Origin: a virus
Lineage: Duplodnaviria > Heunggongvirae > Uroviricota > Caudoviricetes
Strand: one strand, 5' to 3'
Virus record (IMG/VR): IMGVR_UViG_2657244943_000011
Length of the DNA stretch: 8,079 bases
Under the pieces are notes generated by a model. It worked only from the letters and a program-made list of their open reading frames with translations. It had not been told where the DNA came from and made no database searches. A program made the translations under genes and the position numbers. Positions 5,936 to 8,079 of the stretch are shown piece after piece. Within the stretch, counting starts at the first letter, position 1; every line of letters begins with the position of its first letter.

Positions 5936-6226
5936 ATGAAAAAGAAAAATTCTGGCTTTACTGCCAGCGGCCTCTCTCGGTCTGCAATTCGCTCTGGCGA
6001 TATTTACCGCGACACCAGACGTGGGGGACGAGTGGTTATTCGTCACGTTACGCCAGGCAATATCACCTACCGCCGTGAGGCTTACGAATATGACTGCGTA
6101 ATGCCGCGCCGTCAGTTTGAGCGTGATTTTATTCTGGTGGAAAACAAACAATTGGCGGTGGCAAGACGTGCAGCCTCGAATATTAAAAAAATCCGGGCAA
6201 TGTTGGTTGCGGGAGGTAAGAAGTGA
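5936..6226 (+). CDS. hypothetical small basic protein
   Basis: 96-aa ORF 4 nt after the upstream stop; Lys/Arg-rich termini (MKKKNSG..., ...VAGGKK); TGA stop 6224-6226 overlaps the GTG start of the next gene (GTGA). Confidence 0.6.
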   Translation: MKKKNSGFTASGLSRSAIRSGDIYRDTRRGGRVVIRHVTPGNITYRREAYEYDCVMPRRQFERDFILVENKQLAVARRAASNIKKIRAMLVAGGKK

Positions 6227-8079
6227 AAAACGCACCGAATTTAAAATATCAGCCAAAGGATAAATTCACCGAGGTAATCATTTTTGCCGGGACGGATGCT
6301 TACGCCCATGCTCAACACTGGATTGAAAGCGAAGGACGAAAACACGGCGATAACGTGCCACCTGTTTACCTGGGGCCAACGCAACTGGCAGATCTGGCTA
6401 ATATCCGCATTATCGACGATGAGCGCCGCTTTGCGCGTGTTTATATCGCGGGGGAGATAGAGCCAATCCAGATCAATGCTATCGCTGAAAAGCTGGCGCT
6501 GGCTGGCGTACAGGATGCGAAATTATACAAAGGCATCACCGACCGGGAGCCGGAGAACTGGCGCGACTACCTGCAACGGATCCGCGAACAGGCAGAGCGC
6601 GGGGAAACCATTCCTGAAGGAATCGGAATAGCTGGTGGATCACCCGGTAAAACAGACCCCATGAAACCGCATATTACCGAAAAAGACGGGGCGCTCTGGT
6701 ATATCGAGCCAATCCCCAACACCAGGGCAGAGGAGATGAATTATAAAGAAACCTGGCTGAGTGACCGGATGCGCACGGCAGGTATTGGTAACGACGGAAG
6801 GGAAGCGTATCTGATCATTGAAATGATCCCGGAAGGGACACAAAAAATTATTTACGAAGCGATGCCGCGCAATGAAATCGGTATGCCCGCAGGATGGGCG
6901 CGATTACGTGGGCGGGGAGTTGCAATCACTACCAGTGCCCATTTACTGAACAAACTGGCGGAATACCTGCAACGTCATGGAGATCGCACGGTGTGGGAGG
7001 TCACATCAACAGCAGGTTGGCATTGTGGAGCCTATGTTATGCCTGATGGCGAGGTGATTGGTGTGCCTGACCGTCCCGTAGCATTCTGCGGCGGATCTGC
7101 CGCCATCAAAGGCTATATTGTCAGGGGCACGGTGCATGAATGGCGAAATAATGTTGCTTCTCTGATGCGTGGCAATCACTCAATGATGCTTGGGGTGCTG
7201 GTCGGGCTGGCAGCCCCGCTAAATTCCCTTGTGGGTGGTAGTTGTTTTGGTATTCATCTTTTCGCGCAGTCGTCAGCGGGGAAAACCACGACTGTGGAGG
7301 CCGCCACCAGCCTTTATGGCGACCCTGAAATGCTTAAACTCTCGTGGGATGCCACCCGGCACGGGCTGACAGTGGAAGCAGCTGCACGTAATGACGGTTT
7401 TATCCCTATTGATGAAATTGGTCAGGGAGGAAGGGTTAATGACATTGCGCAATCCGCCTACAGCCTGTTTAACGGTGTGGGCAGGATTCAGGGGCGCAAG
7501 GACGGCGGTAATCGTGCGGTAATGCGCTGGAAAATAGCGGCACTAAGCACCGGAGAAGAAGATTTTGAAACCTTCCTGTTAAAAGGGGGAATTGCCCCAA
7601 AGGCAGGGCAACTGGTGCGACTGCTAAGCATTCCCTTTACCGATACAACGGTGTTTAACGGTTATGACGATGGTGATCAACATGCCAGGGCCATAAAGCG
7701 ACTTTCATCAAATTATTGTGGCGCTGCGGGACGTGAGTGGGTGCGCTGGTTATCCGCTCACAAGGAGCTGGCTATCAACACCACTTCAGATAAAGAAAAT
7801 GCCTGGCTGGGAAATCTGCCTGAAAATGCCTCGTCACAGGTAAGGCGAGTGGCATCGCGATTCGCCATGCTGGATGCAGCCGGAGAGCTTGCCACCGCAA
7901 TTACTGGCTGGACAACTGAAGAATGCCGGGAAGCAACGCAACGGGCTTTTGATGACTGGCTACAGGATTTCGGGCTGGAAAACCGGGAAAAATATCAGGT
8001 CATCAGTAAGCGTGCAGCAAGAACCGTATTGACGGGGATGTGTTATTCAGTCGGCAGTGCTACGCGCCAGGGGAGCAGT
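6223..8079 (+). CDS. P-loop NTPase, probable replication primase/helicase-like protein of the island (3' end truncated by window)
   Basis: Open frame 1 from GTG 6223 (in-frame TAA at 6217-6219 just upstream; GGGAGG 6211-6216) to the window end, at least 619 codons; not in the ORF track because it has no stop in the window. Walker A FAQSSAGKTT (about 7261-7290) and Walker B-like GFIPIDEIGQ (about 7396-7425). Large ATPase after small coupled genes is the usual position of the replication protein in P4-family/PICI-like islands. Confidence 0.7.
   Translation, partial: MKNAPNLKYQPKDKFTEVIIFAGTDAYAHAQHWIESEGRKHGDNVPPVYLGPTQLADLANIRIIDDERRFARVYIAGEIEPIQINAIAEKLALAGVQDAKLYKGITDREPENWRDYLQRIREQAERGETIPEGIGIAGGSPGKTDPMKPHITEKDGALWYIEPIPNTRAEEMNYKETWLSDRMRTAGIGNDGREAYLIIEMIPEGTQKIIYEAMPRNEIGMPAGWARLRGRGVAITTSAHLLNKLAEYLQRHGDRTVWEVTSTAGWHCGAYVMPDGEVIGVPDRPVAFCGGSAAIKGYIVRGTVHEWRNNVASLMRGNHSMMLGVLVGLAAPLNSLVGGSCFGIHLFAQSSAGKTTTVEAATSLYGDPEMLKLSWDATRHGLTVEAAARNDGFIPIDEIGQGGRVNDIAQSAYSLFNGVGRIQGRKDGGNRAVMRWKIAALSTGEEDFETFLLKGGIAPKAGQLVRLLSIPFTDTTVFNGYDDGDQHARAIKRLSSNYCGAAGREWVRWLSAHKELAINTTSDKENAWLGNLPENASSQVRRVASRFAMLDAAGELATAITGWTTEECREATQRAFDDWLQDFGLENREKYQVISKRAARTVLTGMCYSVGSATRQGSS

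Noticed and set aside
4997-6256. Minus-strand ORFs 4997-5374 and 5783-6256
   Set aside because: Antisense to the coupled plus-strand operon. The plus-strand genes have SDs and overlapping start/stop architecture; the minus translations are Cys/Arg-rich.
6640-6843. Minus-strand 67-aa ORF inside the ATPase gene
   Set aside because: Antisense within a long uninterrupted plus-strand frame carrying Walker motifs.

Overview
This window appears to be the left end of a P4-integrase-family integrative element (cryptic prophage / phage-satellite-like island) inserted at the 3' end of a tRNA-Thr(CGT) gene in an enterobacterial-type genome. All calls are from reading the sequence and the ORF track; no database or HMM search was run, so family names are recollection-based. 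Reading left to right: tRNA-Thr (115-190), a repeat-rich att arm, a P4-type tyrosine integrase (357-1571), a low-GC orphan gene (1700-2497), a palindromic repeat array, an AlpA-family regulator (2725-2922) and an AntA-like antirepressor-domain protein (3001-3801). Next is an ambiguous ~700 bp stretch (3794-4518) covered by a run-on reading frame, then a leftward ribbon-helix-helix-like regulator (4519-4824) and a divergent control region with three perfect 10-bp palindromes. A rightward operon of four small translationally coupled genes (5015-6226) leads into a large P-loop ATPase that runs off the window end (6223-8079+). The best candidates for undescribed biology are the low-GC orphan gene next to the integrase and the small-gene operon with its palindromic control region. 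No rRNA, CRISPR array or IS element was seen.
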